A stretch of 64,000 nt of DNA from Blastocatellia bacterium UBA7656 (GCA_002483445.1 DLHY01000109.1:48603-112602), one strand, 5' to 3'. Counted from the stretch's first letter, positions 51,931 through 62,915 are shown. A program made the numbers and translations. The notes: generated by a model not told the origin, from the letters alone.

Positions 51931-53430
51931 ATGCCAAAAGCTATATGTTATTTTCTCTCATTCGCCCTGCTCTCAATCGCGCTGCCGCGTGTTGACTCAT
52001 ATAGCCAACCAGACAAATCCATCGTCATCACTCAAGCCACTGTCTACGACGGAAGCGGCGGGCCGAGCTTTCGCGCCAATGTCCGCATTGAAGGAGACCG
52101 CATCGCTGAAATCGGATCGTTCCGCCCGCGAGTAGATGAAGAAATCATCCCGGCCCGCAATCTCGTTCTCGCGCCCGGATTCATCGATATTCACAATCAC
52201 TCCGAAGTCGGTCTTGACCGCGACCCTGCTGCCGCAAGCCAAATCTCGCAGGGCATCACCACGCTTGCCGTAGGCCCGGACGGTTATTCGCCCTGGACGG
52301 TAGGAGATTATCTCAACCGCCGCGAGCAGAGACGCGCTGCGGTCAATGTTCTCTCGTTCGTCGGACACGCGACCGTTCGCGCCGAGGTGATGGGAGGTGA
52401 TTTCAAGCGAGCGGCTACCGAGGAAGAGATAACGAAAATGGAAAGCCTCGTCGAACAGGCAATGCGAGAAGGCGCGTTCGGACTCTCTTCAGGGCTTGAG
52501 TACGATGAGGGACATCCGGCGACTACTGAGGAAGTCATCCGTCTGGCTCGCGTGGCTGCGCGTCACCGAGGCATATACATGAGCCACATCCGCGATGAGG
52601 CCGATCTGGTGATGAGCGCGATTGAAGAAGCGATTCGCATAGGCCGCGAGGCTCGCATCCCGGTTCAGATTTCTCATATCAAGATGGGAACCAGGGGAGT
52701 GTGGGGCAAAGCCTCGGCTGCTGCCGCGATGATCGACCGCGCTCGACGCGCGGGACTCGATATAACAGCCGACTGCTACCCTTATGATGCGTGGGCATCG
52801 ACGATAACTGTGCTGATACCCTCCCGTCGCTACGATGACCCGATGGCCGTCAAACGAGGGCTTGATGATGTCGGCGGCGCAGCAAACGTCCTCGTCACGA
52901 ATTGTTCGGCGCATCGCGATTATGAGGGAAAGACTCTCGAAGAAATCGCCCGCTTGCAGAGCAAGCCTCCCGTTGATGTTTACATCGAGATAGTCAAAGA
53001 TGGCGGCGCAAGTATAGTGTGCCGTTCGATGAAGCAATCCGACATCAGAGTTTTTTACCGTCAGTCGTGGGTTATGGTTTCAAGCGACGGCGGGATAGGC
53101 GGGCGGCATCCTCGCGGCGCGGGAACTTTTCCGCGCGTGTTGGGCCGTTTCGTTCGCGAGTGGAAATGGCTCGCGCTCCCGGAAGCGATTCGCAAAATGA
53201 CTTCGATGCCTGCCGAAAGACTGGGCCTCAAAGATCGCGGAATGATTCGCAAAGGAATGAAAGCCGATCTGGTTCTCTTCAATCCGCGAACGATCATTGA
53301 CCGTTCAACTTTCAAGGATCCGCAGTCGCTCTCCGAAGGCGTGGAGCGCGTCTTCGTCAACGGCCAGACGGTGTGGTTGAAAGGAAAGACGACAGGCAAT
53401 CTGTCCGGCGTCGTCATAAGAAACAGGTAG
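51931..53430 (+). CDS. D-aminoacylase family amidohydrolase
   Basis: PGFIDIHNH, GLSSGLEY, SHIRDE, SHIK, HPRGAGTFPRVLG, G.KADLVLF. Confidence 0.92.
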   Translation: MPKAICYFLSFALLSIALPRVDSYSQPDKSIVITQATVYDGSGGPSFRANVRIEGDRIAEIGSFRPRVDEEIIPARNLVLAPGFIDIHNHSEVGLDRDPAAASQISQGITTLAVGPDGYSPWTVGDYLNRREQRRAAVNVLSFVGHATVRAEVMGGDFKRAATEEEITKMESLVEQAMREGAFGLSSGLEYDEGHPATTEEVIRLARVAARHRGIYMSHIRDEADLVMSAIEEAIRIGREARIPVQISHIKMGTRGVWGKASAAAAMIDRARRAGLDITADCYPYDAWASTITVLIPSRRYDDPMAVKRGLDDVGGAANVLVTNCSAHRDYEGKTLEEIARLQSKPPVDVYIEIVKDGGASIVCRSMKQSDIRVFYRQSWVMVSSDGGIGGRHPRGAGTFPRVLGRFVREWKWLALPEAIRKMTSMPAERLGLKDRGMIRKGMKADLVLFNPRTIIDRSTFKDPQSLSEGVERVFVNGQTVWLKGKTTGNLSGVVIRNR

Positions 53431-53435
53431 CGAGG

Positions 53436-53846
53436 TCACGCGGGTTGACTCGTGCGGCGGGCGTTGTTGCGGATGAACTCGATTATCTCTTCCATCCTCG
53501 CGCCTGGTGTGAAGACTTGGGAAACTCCTGCTTCTTTCAACTTAGGCACATCTTCGTCGGGGATGATGCCGCCGCCGAAAATTATCACGTCATCGAGTCC
53601 AGCTTCGCGCGCAAGCTCGACCACTCGCGGAAACAGCGTGAGGTGCGCGCCCGAAAGAATCGACAGACCTATCGCATCGACATCTTCCTGAACGGCGGCG
53701 CTCACGACCATCTCAGGTGTCTGACGCAGGCCCGTGTAGATGACTTCCATACCGGCATCGCGAAGCGCGCGGGCGATGACTTTCACCCCGCGGTCGTGTC
53801 CGTCCAGCCCCGGCTTTGCCAGCAATACTCTGATTCTTTCTTCCAT
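53436..53846 (-). CDS. Cobalamin-binding small subunit of an acyl-CoA mutase
   Basis: [25 protein letters not shown]. Confidence 0.95.
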   Translation of the reverse strand: MEERIRVLLAKPGLDGHDRGVKVIARALRDAGMEVIYTGLRQTPEMVVSAAVQEDVDAIGLSILSGAHLTLFPRVVELAREAGLDDVIIFGGGIIPDEDVPKLKEAGVSQVFTPGARMEEIIEFIRNNARRTSQPA

Positions 53847-53848
53847 GA

Positions 53849-53911
53849 TCAGTTTTCAGTTTTCAGTTTTCAGTTTTCAAGGGCTGTCCCCTGGCTGAAA
53901 ACTTGAAACTG
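53849..53911. repeat. Heptamer-tandem palindrome (TCAGTTT)n...(AAACT-containing)n
   Basis: tcagttt x4 ... ctgaaaacttgaaactg. Confidence 0.85.
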
Positions 53912-54021
53912 TTGACCGATGATTCTACAGCCTTGCGCCGAGCGTCGTAAACCTTGATTCAGCCCCGCGGGAATATTTCCGCTGATGCTCGACATAACAC
54001 ATGTCGTGAGGATTGAATTTT

Positions 54022-54879
54022 ATGGCAAGAAGCGAAGCCGAATTGAACATAATCGATAACCTCGACGCCCGCGCGATGGATTCGTCTCAGCAGATGACCG
54101 CAGCGCTTCGTCATCACTGGCCTGAGTATTTGATGGAGGCATGGGGTCTGGGATTCTTCATGGTCTCAGCGTGCGCTTTCGGCGCTCTGCTTGAACACCC
54201 GTCGTCGCCCGTCAACCGAGCGATACCTGATGCGACACTGCGAAGAGTGCTGATGGGAATGGCGATGGGGTTGACTGCCATAATCAATGTCTATTCGCCG
54301 TGGGGCAAGAGGTCGGGCGGGCATCTCAATCCTTCGACCACGCTCACTTTCTTTCGCCTCGGCAAAGTCAAAAAGTGGGATGCGATCTTCTATCCGCTTT
54401 CTCAGTTCGCAGGCGGAATCATCGGAGTTCTTGTCGCTTCTCTTGCGCTCGGCAAACTACTCGGGCATCCTGCGGTCAACTACGTCGCGACGGTTCCCGG
54501 CATGGAAGGCGTCGCAGCGGCTTTCATCGCTGAAGTGATAATTTCATTCATTTTGATATCGGTAGTGCTGAGAGCTACGAACACGGAGCGATTCCATCGA
54601 TACACAGGGTTATTCGCGGGCGCGATGGTCGCCCTCTACATCAGCATCGAAGCGCCGATTTCAGGCATGAGCATGAATCCTGCGCGCACGCTTGGGTCTG
54701 CTCTTTCCGCCGATGTGTGGACTGCGCTCTGGATTTATTTCACTGCGCCGATTGCAGGGATGCTGCTTGCGGCTGAAGTCTACGTTCGCACGCGAGGCGC
54801 GCGCAATGTTATCTGCGCGAAATTTCATCATCAAAACGATCATCGCTGCATCTTCCGATGCGGCTATAAAAAATCTTGA
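54022..54879 (+). CDS. MIP/aquaporin family channel
   Basis: SGGHLNPS and SMNPART loops; six TM helices; C-terminal CAKFHH...CIFRC. Confidence 0.92.
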   Translation: MARSEAELNIIDNLDARAMDSSQQMTAALRHHWPEYLMEAWGLGFFMVSACAFGALLEHPSSPVNRAIPDATLRRVLMGMAMGLTAIINVYSPWGKRSGGHLNPSTTLTFFRLGKVKKWDAIFYPLSQFAGGIIGVLVASLALGKLLGHPAVNYVATVPGMEGVAAAFIAEVIISFILISVVLRATNTERFHRYTGLFAGAMVALYISIEAPISGMSMNPARTLGSALSADVWTALWIYFTAPIAGMLLAAEVYVRTRGARNVICAKFHHQNDHRCIFRCGYKKS

Positions 54880-55019
54880 GGCCGGGAATTTTTTTTGCGG
54901 CTTCGATCATTTAACAGTTGACTGACCGAAGCGACATCCGTAACGCGACGGTTGTAACAATAACCTGATAATCAGATCGGACGTTAAAGGCTTGCTCTTG
55001 TGGCAAGGAGGGAAAAGTT

Positions 55020-56564
55020 ATGTCCAGCGAAAACCACTATGACGTGATAATCATCGGCACAGGGGCCGGAGGCGGAACGATTGCTTACCGGCTGGCCCCG
55101 TCGGGCAAACGCATACTCATCCTTGAGCGCGGCGGCTATCTCCCGCGCGAAAAAGACAACTGGAGCAGCAAGGCGGCAGCCATCGGCAAGTACAACACCA
55201 AAGAAATCTGGCGCGACAAAGACGGCAAGGAGCTTCACCCGCACACGAATTACTATGTCGGCGGCAACACCAAGTTTTACGGCGCGGCGCTCTTCAGATT
55301 GCGCAAGGAAGACTTTGGCGAACTCGCCCATCACGGCGGAGTGTCGCCCGCATGGCCGATCAGCTACGAAGACCTTGAGCCGTATTACACCGAGGCCGAA
55401 CATCTCTATCACGTTCACGGAACGCGCGGCGAAGACCCGACCGACCCGCCTGCCTCGGCGTCTTATCGCCATCCGGCTGTGAGCCACGAGCCGCGCATTC
55501 AACGGCTCCACGACGATCTGATCAAATTGGGACACAAACCATTTCACGTGCCTCTCGGAGTAAGGCTCGATGAGCGCGACCCGCAAAAAAGCCTCTGCAT
55601 TCGCTGCTCGACCTGCGACGGCTATCCGTGCCTCGTCAATGCCAAATCCGATGCGCAGACCATAGCGGTCGATCCGGCGCTCGAATACCCGAACGTCACG
55701 CTGCTGACCGACGCTCTGGTGTCGCGACTCGAAACCGACGAGTCGGGCCGACGGGTGACTCGTGTTCACGTAGAGCGCGGGGGCGAGAAGGAAACCTACT
55801 CAGCCGACATGGTTGTAGTTTCGTGCGGCGCGATCAACTCGGCTGCATTGCTGCTGCGTTCGGCAAACGACCGTCACCCGAAGGGACTTGCGAACAGTTC
55901 GGATATGGTAGGTCGGCACTACATGGGCCACAACAACTCGATCATGTTCGCCATCTCGCGCCATCCCAATACGACTGTGTTTCAGAAGACGCTGGCGGTA
56001 AATGATTTTTACTTCGCGTCGAAAGAATGGGATTTTCCCATGGGCCACATCTCGTTCGTAGGAAAATTCGACGCTGATCTTCTGCGCGCGGGAGCGCCGC
56101 CGTTCGCGCCTCACCTGACGCTGGAATTCATAGCCAATCACTCGCTCGATTTCTGGCTTACGTCGGAAGATTTGCCCGATCCCGATAATCGAGTCACGCT
56201 TGATCGCAACGGCAAGATAGTTCTCTCTTACACGCCGAACAATCTGGAAGGACACAAGCGGCTTATCGCGAAGCTCAAGGACATGATCAAGCACACGGAT
56301 TGCGAGGATCACATCGTTCCTCTGAACGCTTTCGTGGGCGACCGCATTCCGCTCGCAGGCGTCGCGCACCAGAACGGAACCGTCCGATTCGGACACGATC
56401 CGAAAACTTCGGCGCTTGATGCGAATTGCAGGGCGCACGATGTCGATAACCTTTATGTAGTTGACGGCAGCTTCTTCCCATCGAGCGCGGCAGTCAATCC
56501 CGCGCTGACGATTATGGCCAACGCCCTTCGCGTGGGCGATCACCTGATCGAGAGGACGAAGTGA
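55020..56564 (+). CDS. GMC family oxidoreductase
   Basis: GTGAGG FAD motif, VGGNT, C.RC..CDG.PC, AHQNGT, NLYVVDGSFFPS..VNP. Confidence 0.93.
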   Translation: MSSENHYDVIIIGTGAGGGTIAYRLAPSGKRILILERGGYLPREKDNWSSKAAAIGKYNTKEIWRDKDGKELHPHTNYYVGGNTKFYGAALFRLRKEDFGELAHHGGVSPAWPISYEDLEPYYTEAEHLYHVHGTRGEDPTDPPASASYRHPAVSHEPRIQRLHDDLIKLGHKPFHVPLGVRLDERDPQKSLCIRCSTCDGYPCLVNAKSDAQTIAVDPALEYPNVTLLTDALVSRLETDESGRRVTRVHVERGGEKETYSADMVVVSCGAINSAALLLRSANDRHPKGLANSSDMVGRHYMGHNNSIMFAISRHPNTTVFQKTLAVNDFYFASKEWDFPMGHISFVGKFDADLLRAGAPPFAPHLTLEFIANHSLDFWLTSEDLPDPDNRVTLDRNGKIVLSYTPNNLEGHKRLIAKLKDMIKHTDCEDHIVPLNAFVGDRIPLAGVAHQNGTVRFGHDPKTSALDANCRAHDVDNLYVVDGSFFPSSAAVNPALTIMANALRVGDHLIERTK

Positions 56565-56609
56565 AAACTAAGGGAAGAGGAACGAAATAAAACCCCATGT
56601 CGAATTTGG

Positions 56610-56700
56610 GAAATGTCCGACAAGCTGCCAGCTTGTCGTGGAGTGCGAAAAGACTCGGCGGCGGGAAACAACGACAATCTGGCAGATTGTCGGACATTTC
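56610..56700. repeat. Inverted pair of REP-like palindromes (REPIN-like)
   Basis: GAAATGTCCGACAAGCTGCCAGCTTGTCGT ... ACGACAATCTGGCAGATTGTCGGACATTTC. Confidence 0.8.
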
Positions 56701-56821
56701 GCAGCGCATCTTCAGGCTGACCGAATTGACCAGTAGTATCGCTTGTCACAGCACCCCGAATCAGGCTTGAGATACATGGGATGATATTTACTTCCGCTTC
56801 CCTAAAGGGAGGATCGAAGAG

Positions 56822-57916
56822 ATGAACGCGATGAACAATCGATTCAAGTCCGTCGCTCTCGCGACGCTGGCGATAGTGACAGTGTTCGTGTGGGCGGGCG
56901 TGACGCTTGATCTGAAAACGTCTGCTTACGGCAAACCCCCGCTCGCAGTCCGTTCGTCGCGCGTTGCGGCCAATGGATCGCTGGTTGAAAAAGTTGACGC
57001 CATAAGCGTGACCGTTTCAGACCTCGACCGCGCTGTTGAGTTTTACTCGAATCTGCTCACATTCGAGAAAGTCGCTGAGTGGGAAGTGGCGGGAGACAGT
57101 TACGAACAGTTTCAGGGAGTCTTCGGGCTGCGCTGTCGAATCGCTCGCTTAAAGCTCGGCGATGAGCAGATAGAGCTTGTCGAATACCTTGCGCCGAAAG
57201 GTCGCCCCGTGCCTGCGGACTCGCGCAGCAATGACCGCTGGTTTCAGCACATAGCCATCATAACCACCGATATGGATCGCGCTTATGCGCGGCTTCGTCA
57301 ACACAAAGTTCAGCACGCTTCTTCAGGGCCACAGCGATTGCCCGACTGGAACAAAAACGCGGGCGGAATAAAGGCTTTTTATTTCCGCGATGCGGACGGC
57401 CACAACCTCGAAATACTTGAGTTTCCCGAAGGCAAAGGCGACGCGAAATGGCATCGCGCGACGGACAAACTCTTCCTCGGCATAGATCACACCGCGATAG
57501 TCGTCGGCGACACCGAAACGAGTTTGAAATTTTATCGCGACACGCTCGGACTGAAGGTCGCGGGAGAGAGCGAAAACTATGGCACCGAGCAGGAGCATTT
57601 GAACAACGTCTTCGGGGCGCGGCTTCGCATCACAGCGATGCGCGCTGAGAGGGGGCCGGGAATTGAGTTTCTCGAATACCTCTCGCCGCGAGACGGTCGG
57701 CCTTATCCGTCAGACCTCAAACCGAACGACATCGCCTACTGGCAGACGAGACTCGTGACCGCGAACGCCGCGGAAGCGGCAGCAAAGCTCCGTTTAGGCA
57801 AATTCGCCTTCATCTCTTCAGGAGTGATTTCACTGCCCTCCGTTGAGATGGGATACAAGCGAAGCTTCATCGTCCGCGACCCCGATGGTCACGCGATGCA
57901 ACTGGCTGAGAAATGA
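56822..57916 (+). CDS. Exported two-domain VOC/glyoxalase family protein
   Basis: N-terminal signal; VSDLDRAVEFY, FQHIAI, YFRDADGHNLE, IDHTAIVV, RDPDGH. Confidence 0.9.
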   Translation: MNAMNNRFKSVALATLAIVTVFVWAGVTLDLKTSAYGKPPLAVRSSRVAANGSLVEKVDAISVTVSDLDRAVEFYSNLLTFEKVAEWEVAGDSYEQFQGVFGLRCRIARLKLGDEQIELVEYLAPKGRPVPADSRSNDRWFQHIAIITTDMDRAYARLRQHKVQHASSGPQRLPDWNKNAGGIKAFYFRDADGHNLEILEFPEGKGDAKWHRATDKLFLGIDHTAIVVGDTETSLKFYRDTLGLKVAGESENYGTEQEHLNNVFGARLRITAMRAERGPGIEFLEYLSPRDGRPYPSDLKPNDIAYWQTRLVTANAAEAAAKLRLGKFAFISSGVISLPSVEMGYKRSFIVRDPDGHAMQLAEK

Positions 57917-57921
57917 AAAAT

Positions 57922-57990
57922 AGTCAGTTGTCCGTTGTCCGTTGTCATTGGCTGCTGGCAACGGACAACTGACAACGGACTAAGGACAAG
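57922..57990. repeat. Heptamer-tandem palindrome (GTTGTCC)n...(GACAACG)n
   Basis: Direct reading. Confidence 0.85.
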
Positions 57991-57996
57991 GAACAA

Positions 57997-60642
57997 ATGA
58001 CCAGAGAAGAACAAAGATTAGATCACGACCGCGAGCGAAAAGCTTACTGGAAACGATGGGGGCCGTATCTGAGCGAGCGCGCATGGGGAACCGTCCGCGA
58101 AGATTACAGCCCTTATGGAACTGCGTGGGATTACCTGCCGCACGATCACGCGCGCTCGAAAGCCTATCGCTGGGGCGAAGACGGCATAGGCGGCATCTCG
58201 GATCGTCGCCAGTTTATATGCTTCGCCCTTTCGATGTGGAACGGGCGCGACCCTATCATCAAAGAGCGGATATTCGGGCTGACGGGAAGCGAAGGCAATC
58301 ACGGCGAGGATGTGAAGGACTATTATTTCTACCTCGACTCCACTCCGACGCATTCCTACATGAAATTTCTGTACAAGTATCCGCAGGCCGAGTTTCCTTA
58401 TGCTCGATTGATCGAAGAGAATCGCCGTCGCAGCAAGGATGAGCTTGAACATGAACTGATCGACACAGGCGCGTTCGATGAAGACCGTTACTTCGATGTT
58501 TTCATCGAGTACGCCAAAGCCAACCCGGAAGACATACTCATTCGAATCACAGTCGCGAATCGCGGGCCTCAAGCGGCAGAGCTTCATCTGCTCCCGACGA
58601 TATGGTTTCGCAATACGTGGTCGTGGAACGGAGGCGACAAGCCGCGCCTTCGTCGCATAGGCGATGTGAGAAACGCCAGCACCGTCCAACTCGATCACAG
58701 TTATTACGGGCATCGCTGGCTGTTTTGTCAGGACACGCCTGAGATTCTTTTCACTGAAAACGAGACGAACACCCGCCGCCTCTACAACCACGAAAACGGC
58801 TCGCGGTATTTCAAGGACGGCATAAACGATTACATAGTCAGTGGCCGACGCGACGCTGTGAACCCTGAGCGAGTCGGCACGAAAGCGGCGGCTCATTATC
58901 CGATCACACTTGGGCCGGGAGAGTCGCGGACTATCAGGTTGCGGCTGACTGACTTGGAAATACCGCCTGCCAACGGCGATCCGTGCAATGGCGATTTCGA
59001 GCGCATATTCGAAGAGCGCAGAAAAGAAGCCGACGAATTTTATAACAAGGTCATTCCCGCGGATGTATGCGAAGACAATCGAAACATCATGCGTCAGTCG
59101 CTCGCCGGATTGCTCTGGAGCAAGCAGTTTTATTACTACGACGTGAAGCAGTGGATCGAAGGCGACGAGTCCGCGCCTCCGCCTCCGGCGGAGCGAGAGA
59201 CGGGGCGCAACAGCGGGTGGGGGCATCTCTACAACGACGACATCATTTCGATGCCCGACAAATGGGAGTATCCCTGGTATGCCGCGTGGGACCTGGCTTT
59301 TCATTGCGTCCCGCTCGCCCTTGTCGATTCTGATTTCGCAAAGCAGCAACTCGTCCTGCTCCTGCGCGAATGGTACATGCACCCGAACGGGCAGTTGCCC
59401 GCTTACGAGTGGGCCTTCGGAGATGTCAATCCGCCTGTTCATGCGTGGGCCGCGTGGCGAGTGTACAAAATCGACAAGAAGCGTTGCGGCAAGGGCGACA
59501 CAGAGTTTCTTGAGCGCGTATTTCACAAGCTGCTTCTGAATTTCACCTGGTGGGTCAATCGCAAGGACGCTGAAGGAAGAAACGTATTTCAGGGCGGCTT
59601 TCTGGGACTCGACAACATCGGAGTGTTTGATCGCAGCGCGCCTCTTCCGACGGGCGGCCACATCGAACAATCGGATGGGACAAGCTGGATGGGGATGTAC
59701 TGCCTGAACATGCTGGCAATCGCGATGGAGCTTGCCCGCGAAAATCCGGCTTATGAAGATGTCGCCAGCAAATTCTGGGAGCACTTCCTCCACATCGCGC
59801 AGGCGATGAACAACATGGGCGAAGGCGACAGCCTGTGGAACGAAGAGGACGGATTTTATTACGACGTGCTGTGTCTGCCCGACGGCGGCAGCTTTCCGAT
59901 GAAGGTTCGCTCGATGGTCGGGCTGATCCCGCTCTTCGCTGTCGAAACAATCGAGCCGGATGTGCTGTCTCGCCTTCCGGGATTCAAGCGACGACTGGAA
60001 TGGTTCATCGATAATCGAAAAGACCTCATCAACAACGTAGCCTGTATGCGCACCCGCGGCGAGGGCGAGCGAAGAATGCTTTCGATAGTGGACAGGGATA
60101 AACTGCGCCGTGTGTTGGGGGTGATGTTGGATGAAAACGAGTTTCTTTCCGATTACGGCATACGCGCGCTTTCGCGCCATCACAGTGACAATCCATATCG
60201 CCTGCAGGTCAACGGCAGCGAACACAGCGTCCGCTACGAGCCTGCCGAATCCTCGACGGGACTCTTCGGAGGCAATTCGAACTGGAGGGGGCCGATATGG
60301 TTTCCGGTCAATTTCCTCATCATCGAATCGCTTCAGAAGTTTCATCACTACCTGGGCGATGATTACAAAGTCGAATGCCCCACAGGGTCGGGCCGTTTGA
60401 TGACGCTGTGGGAAGTGTCTGAAGAAATATCGCGGCGTCTCACGCGGATATTCATGCGCGACACAGATGGTCGTCGCCCGGTCTTCGGCGGTATAGAAAA
60501 ATTCCAGACTGATCCGCACTGGCGCGATCTGATTTTGTTCCACGAATACTTTCACGGCGACAACGGCGCAGGCATAGGCGCGAATCATCAGACGGGCTGG
60601 ACTGCTCTGGTCGCCAAACTGATTCAGCAAAGCGGAGAGTAG
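57997..60642 (+). CDS. GH63-like (MGH1-like) glucosidase
   Basis: [62 protein letters not shown]. Confidence 0.92.
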   Translation: MTREEQRLDHDRERKAYWKRWGPYLSERAWGTVREDYSPYGTAWDYLPHDHARSKAYRWGEDGIGGISDRRQFICFALSMWNGRDPIIKERIFGLTGSEGNHGEDVKDYYFYLDSTPTHSYMKFLYKYPQAEFPYARLIEENRRRSKDELEHELIDTGAFDEDRYFDVFIEYAKANPEDILIRITVANRGPQAAELHLLPTIWFRNTWSWNGGDKPRLRRIGDVRNASTVQLDHSYYGHRWLFCQDTPEILFTENETNTRRLYNHENGSRYFKDGINDYIVSGRRDAVNPERVGTKAAAHYPITLGPGESRTIRLRLTDLEIPPANGDPCNGDFERIFEERRKEADEFYNKVIPADVCEDNRNIMRQSLAGLLWSKQFYYYDVKQWIEGDESAPPPPAERETGRNSGWGHLYNDDIISMPDKWEYPWYAAWDLAFHCVPLALVDSDFAKQQLVLLLREWYMHPNGQLPAYEWAFGDVNPPVHAWAAWRVYKIDKKRCGKGDTEFLERVFHKLLLNFTWWVNRKDAEGRNVFQGGFLGLDNIGVFDRSAPLPTGGHIEQSDGTSWMGMYCLNMLAIAMELARENPAYEDVASKFWEHFLHIAQAMNNMGEGDSLWNEEDGFYYDVLCLPDGGSFPMKVRSMVGLIPLFAVETIEPDVLSRLPGFKRRLEWFIDNRKDLINNVACMRTRGEGERRMLSIVDRDKLRRVLGVMLDENEFLSDYGIRALSRHHSDNPYRLQVNGSEHSVRYEPAESSTGLFGGNSNWRGPIWFPVNFLIIESLQKFHHYLGDDYKVECPTGSGRLMTLWEVSEEISRRLTRIFMRDTDGRRPVFGGIEKFQTDPHWRDLILFHEYFHGDNGAGIGANHQTGWTALVAKLIQQSGE

Positions 60643-60688
60643 GCGGTGGTCAGTGGTCGGCGAGAATGTGCTGAGAAATTGAGACCTT

Positions 60689-60863
60689 GCGCCGAAGGCG
60701 CAGAGAGAAGGTAGCCAGACGTGCAACGTCTGGTTTCAAGCAGTCAGGTTTCGCGCTCTGAAGGAGCGCCAGAATAATCTTTCCGCGTCTTCAACGCGGG
60801 ATCGTTTGATGGACGGTTCCAGATGTTCCACATCTGGCTACCTTCTTCGAGCCGCTTTGCGGC
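60689..60863. mobile_element. Composite palindromic non-autonomous element (REP/MITE-like)
   Basis: Terminal hairpins GCGCCGAAGGCGC and GCCGCTTTGCGGC; inverted arms GAAGGTAGCCAGACGTG / CACATCTGGCTACCTTC; internal hairpins. Confidence 0.6.
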
Positions 60864-60930
60864 AAAAGATAATTTCTAAACGAGATATGAGCGGTTGAGG
60901 CGACTGACAACAAAATACGAGAAAAGGATC

Positions 60931-61401
60931 ATGAGAATCAAACAGACGATCATAATGCTGGCTTCGGCTATGTTGTTCGCCGCGTGCGCAAAAAGCGATG
61001 GCGTCGAACAGTTCAACAAAACCGATCAGGGGCTTGCTCTGAAAGGTTACGATGCGGTCGCCTACTTTACGGAAGGCAAGGCCGCGCAAGGGACAGGCGA
61101 GTTTTCTCACACGTGGGGCGGCGCGACGTGGCATTTCACAAACGCGGCCAATCGCGACCGATTCGCGCAGGAGCCGACAAAATACGCTCCGCAATATGGC
61201 GGCTACTGCTCGTGGGCCGTGAGCCACGGCTACACAGCCGACGGCGATCCTGAAGCGTGGAAGATCGTCGACGGCAAGCTCTACTTGAACTACAACCTGA
61301 AAGTGAAAGAGAAGTGGGAAGAGAACATCCCCGAATATGTCAGGAAAGGCGATGAAAACTGGCCCGCGTTTCTGAAGAAGAAACCCGAACACAAGGGCTG
61401 A
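60931..61401 (+). CDS. YHS-domain lipoprotein of the (seleno)protein family, Cys form
   Basis: Lipobox FAAC; GYDAVAYF, P.KYAPQYGGYCSW, IVDGKLYLN. Confidence 0.88.
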   Translation: MRIKQTIIMLASAMLFAACAKSDGVEQFNKTDQGLALKGYDAVAYFTEGKAAQGTGEFSHTWGGATWHFTNAANRDRFAQEPTKYAPQYGGYCSWAVSHGYTADGDPEAWKIVDGKLYLNYNLKVKEKWEENIPEYVRKGDENWPAFLKKKPEHKG

Positions 61402-61470
61402 AGATTCAACCCCGGATTTATAGCGGTATGCACCTGGGTGAACAGGTTGAATACTTAGAGCGAAACCTTT

Positions 61471-61690
61471 TCATTAACACCGCGATTGATCGCGGTGAAC
61501 GGGGCGACTCAAAATCCATGAACTGTTTTAACAGTTTCCTTCCGCCGACCTTCGACCTTTGATTCTCAGGCTCGTCGTCAGGCGCGCAGATGTCGTTGAG
61601 CTTTATATCTGCGCGGGCAGAAAAACTGTTGAAACAGTTTCGGGTTCAAGTTGCTCGCTTTTTCACCGCGATCAATCGCGGTGTTAATGA
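61471..61690. mobile_element. MITE/REP-like element with 29-bp perfect terminal inverted repeats
   Basis: TCATTAACACCGCGATTGATCGCGGTGAA ... exact reverse complement at 61662-61690; inner AACTGTT..AACAGTT palindromes at about 61521 and 61623. Confidence 0.7.
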
Positions 61691-61747
61691 GAGAGCAATC
61701 TGCTCACCCAACCGAAAGCCGCTACAACAGCTAAGGAGAAGCAAATC

Positions 61748-62851
61748 GTGAAAGCAATATCAGTGTTTCCCGGAAAACCGGACAGCGTGCATCTGGCGGA
61801 ATTGCCTATGCCGTCTGTCAACGAGATACCCAACGGTCGAGGCGTGGTCGTGAAAATTCTCCGAGTCGGAGTCGATGGCACTGACAAGGAAATCAACGCC
61901 GCCGAATACGGCGCGGCTCCTGAAGGATACGACTTCCTCGTTCTCGGACATGAAAATTTCGGTCAGGTCGAATCGGTCGGCCCCAATGTGACCGAGGTCA
62001 AACCCGGTGATTACGTTGTGGCTACCGTTCGTCGCCCCGGAACGAGCATCTACGATCTGATCGGCACCAACGACATGACCACCGACGACACATACTTCGA
62101 GCGCGGCATCAACCTCAGACATGGCTATCTGACCGAGTACTACGTCGATGACGTCGAGTTCATAGTGAAAGTGCCGCAGGGACTCAAGGAAGTCGGCGTG
62201 TTGCTTGAGCCGATGACGGTCGTCGAAAAAGGCATCGCGCAGGCTTACGAGATTCAACGCCGTCTGCGCGTGTGGCGTCCTCGTCGCGCGGCAGTGATGG
62301 GCGCGGGAACCATCGGGCTGCTTGCCACGCTCGCCCTGAGATTGCGAGGTCTTGAGGTCGTCACCTTCAGCCGCAGCAAAAAGCCTTACTTCAACTCTGA
62401 CCTGATAGAGGCTCTGGGAGCCGTTTACGAGTCAACCTCGGATTTATCGATCATCGAAGGCGCGCGAAAGCACGGGCCGTTCGACATCATATTCGAGGCG
62501 ACCGGAAATTCATCGGTCGTGTTTGAAAGCCTTCAGGCGCTGGGCAAAAACGGAGTGCTGGTGCTGTCGAGCGTTACGGGCGGGGATCGCAAAATCGAAG
62601 TGCCTGCCGACCGAATCAATCTCGATTTCGTCCTCGGCAACAAGGTGATGGTCGGAACGGTCAACGCCAACCGCGAGTATTTCGAGATGGGAGTGAAGGA
62701 CATGGCTCAGGCCGAAGCCGAGTATTCGGGGTGGCTTCCTCGATTGCTCACTCATCCGGTCAAGGGGCTTGAGAATTATGAACAACTTTTCGAAACGCTG
62801 ACCGCCGCCAAAGGCGCGATCAAAGTTTATTGCGAGGTGGCGGAGCTATAA
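61748..62851 (+). CDS. Zn-dependent glucose 1-dehydrogenase (MDR family)
   Basis: GVDGTD, LGHE, ERGI...HG, LLEP, GAGTIG, VLGNK...GTVNANR. Confidence 0.88.
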   Translation: MKAISVFPGKPDSVHLAELPMPSVNEIPNGRGVVVKILRVGVDGTDKEINAAEYGAAPEGYDFLVLGHENFGQVESVGPNVTEVKPGDYVVATVRRPGTSIYDLIGTNDMTTDDTYFERGINLRHGYLTEYYVDDVEFIVKVPQGLKEVGVLLEPMTVVEKGIAQAYEIQRRLRVWRPRRAAVMGAGTIGLLATLALRLRGLEVVTFSRSKKPYFNSDLIEALGAVYESTSDLSIIEGARKHGPFDIIFEATGNSSVVFESLQALGKNGVLVLSSVTGGDRKIEVPADRINLDFVLGNKVMVGTVNANREYFEMGVKDMAQAEAEYSGWLPRLLTHPVKGLENYEQLFETLTAAKGAIKVYCEVAEL

Positions 62852-62857
62852 ACATTT

Positions 62858-62915
62858 CTGCGGGTCGCGCGGACATAAGCTGAAGCATGATGTCCATCAT
62901 CCGCGCGACCTGCGG
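62858..62915. repeat. Inverted repeat (hairpin or terminator)
   Basis: CTGCGGGTCGCGCGGA ... TCCGCGCGACCTGCGG. Confidence 0.6.

Noticed and set aside
49999-53310. Diversity-generating retroelement (bAvd-like gene next to a duplicated gene segment)
   Set aside because: No reverse transcriptase in the window and mismatches are not adenine-specific; the same holds for the 5992/6880 repeat
58018-60726. 902-aa ORF on the minus strand
   Set aside because: Antisense shadow of the GH63 gene, typical of GC-rich codon bias; no motifs
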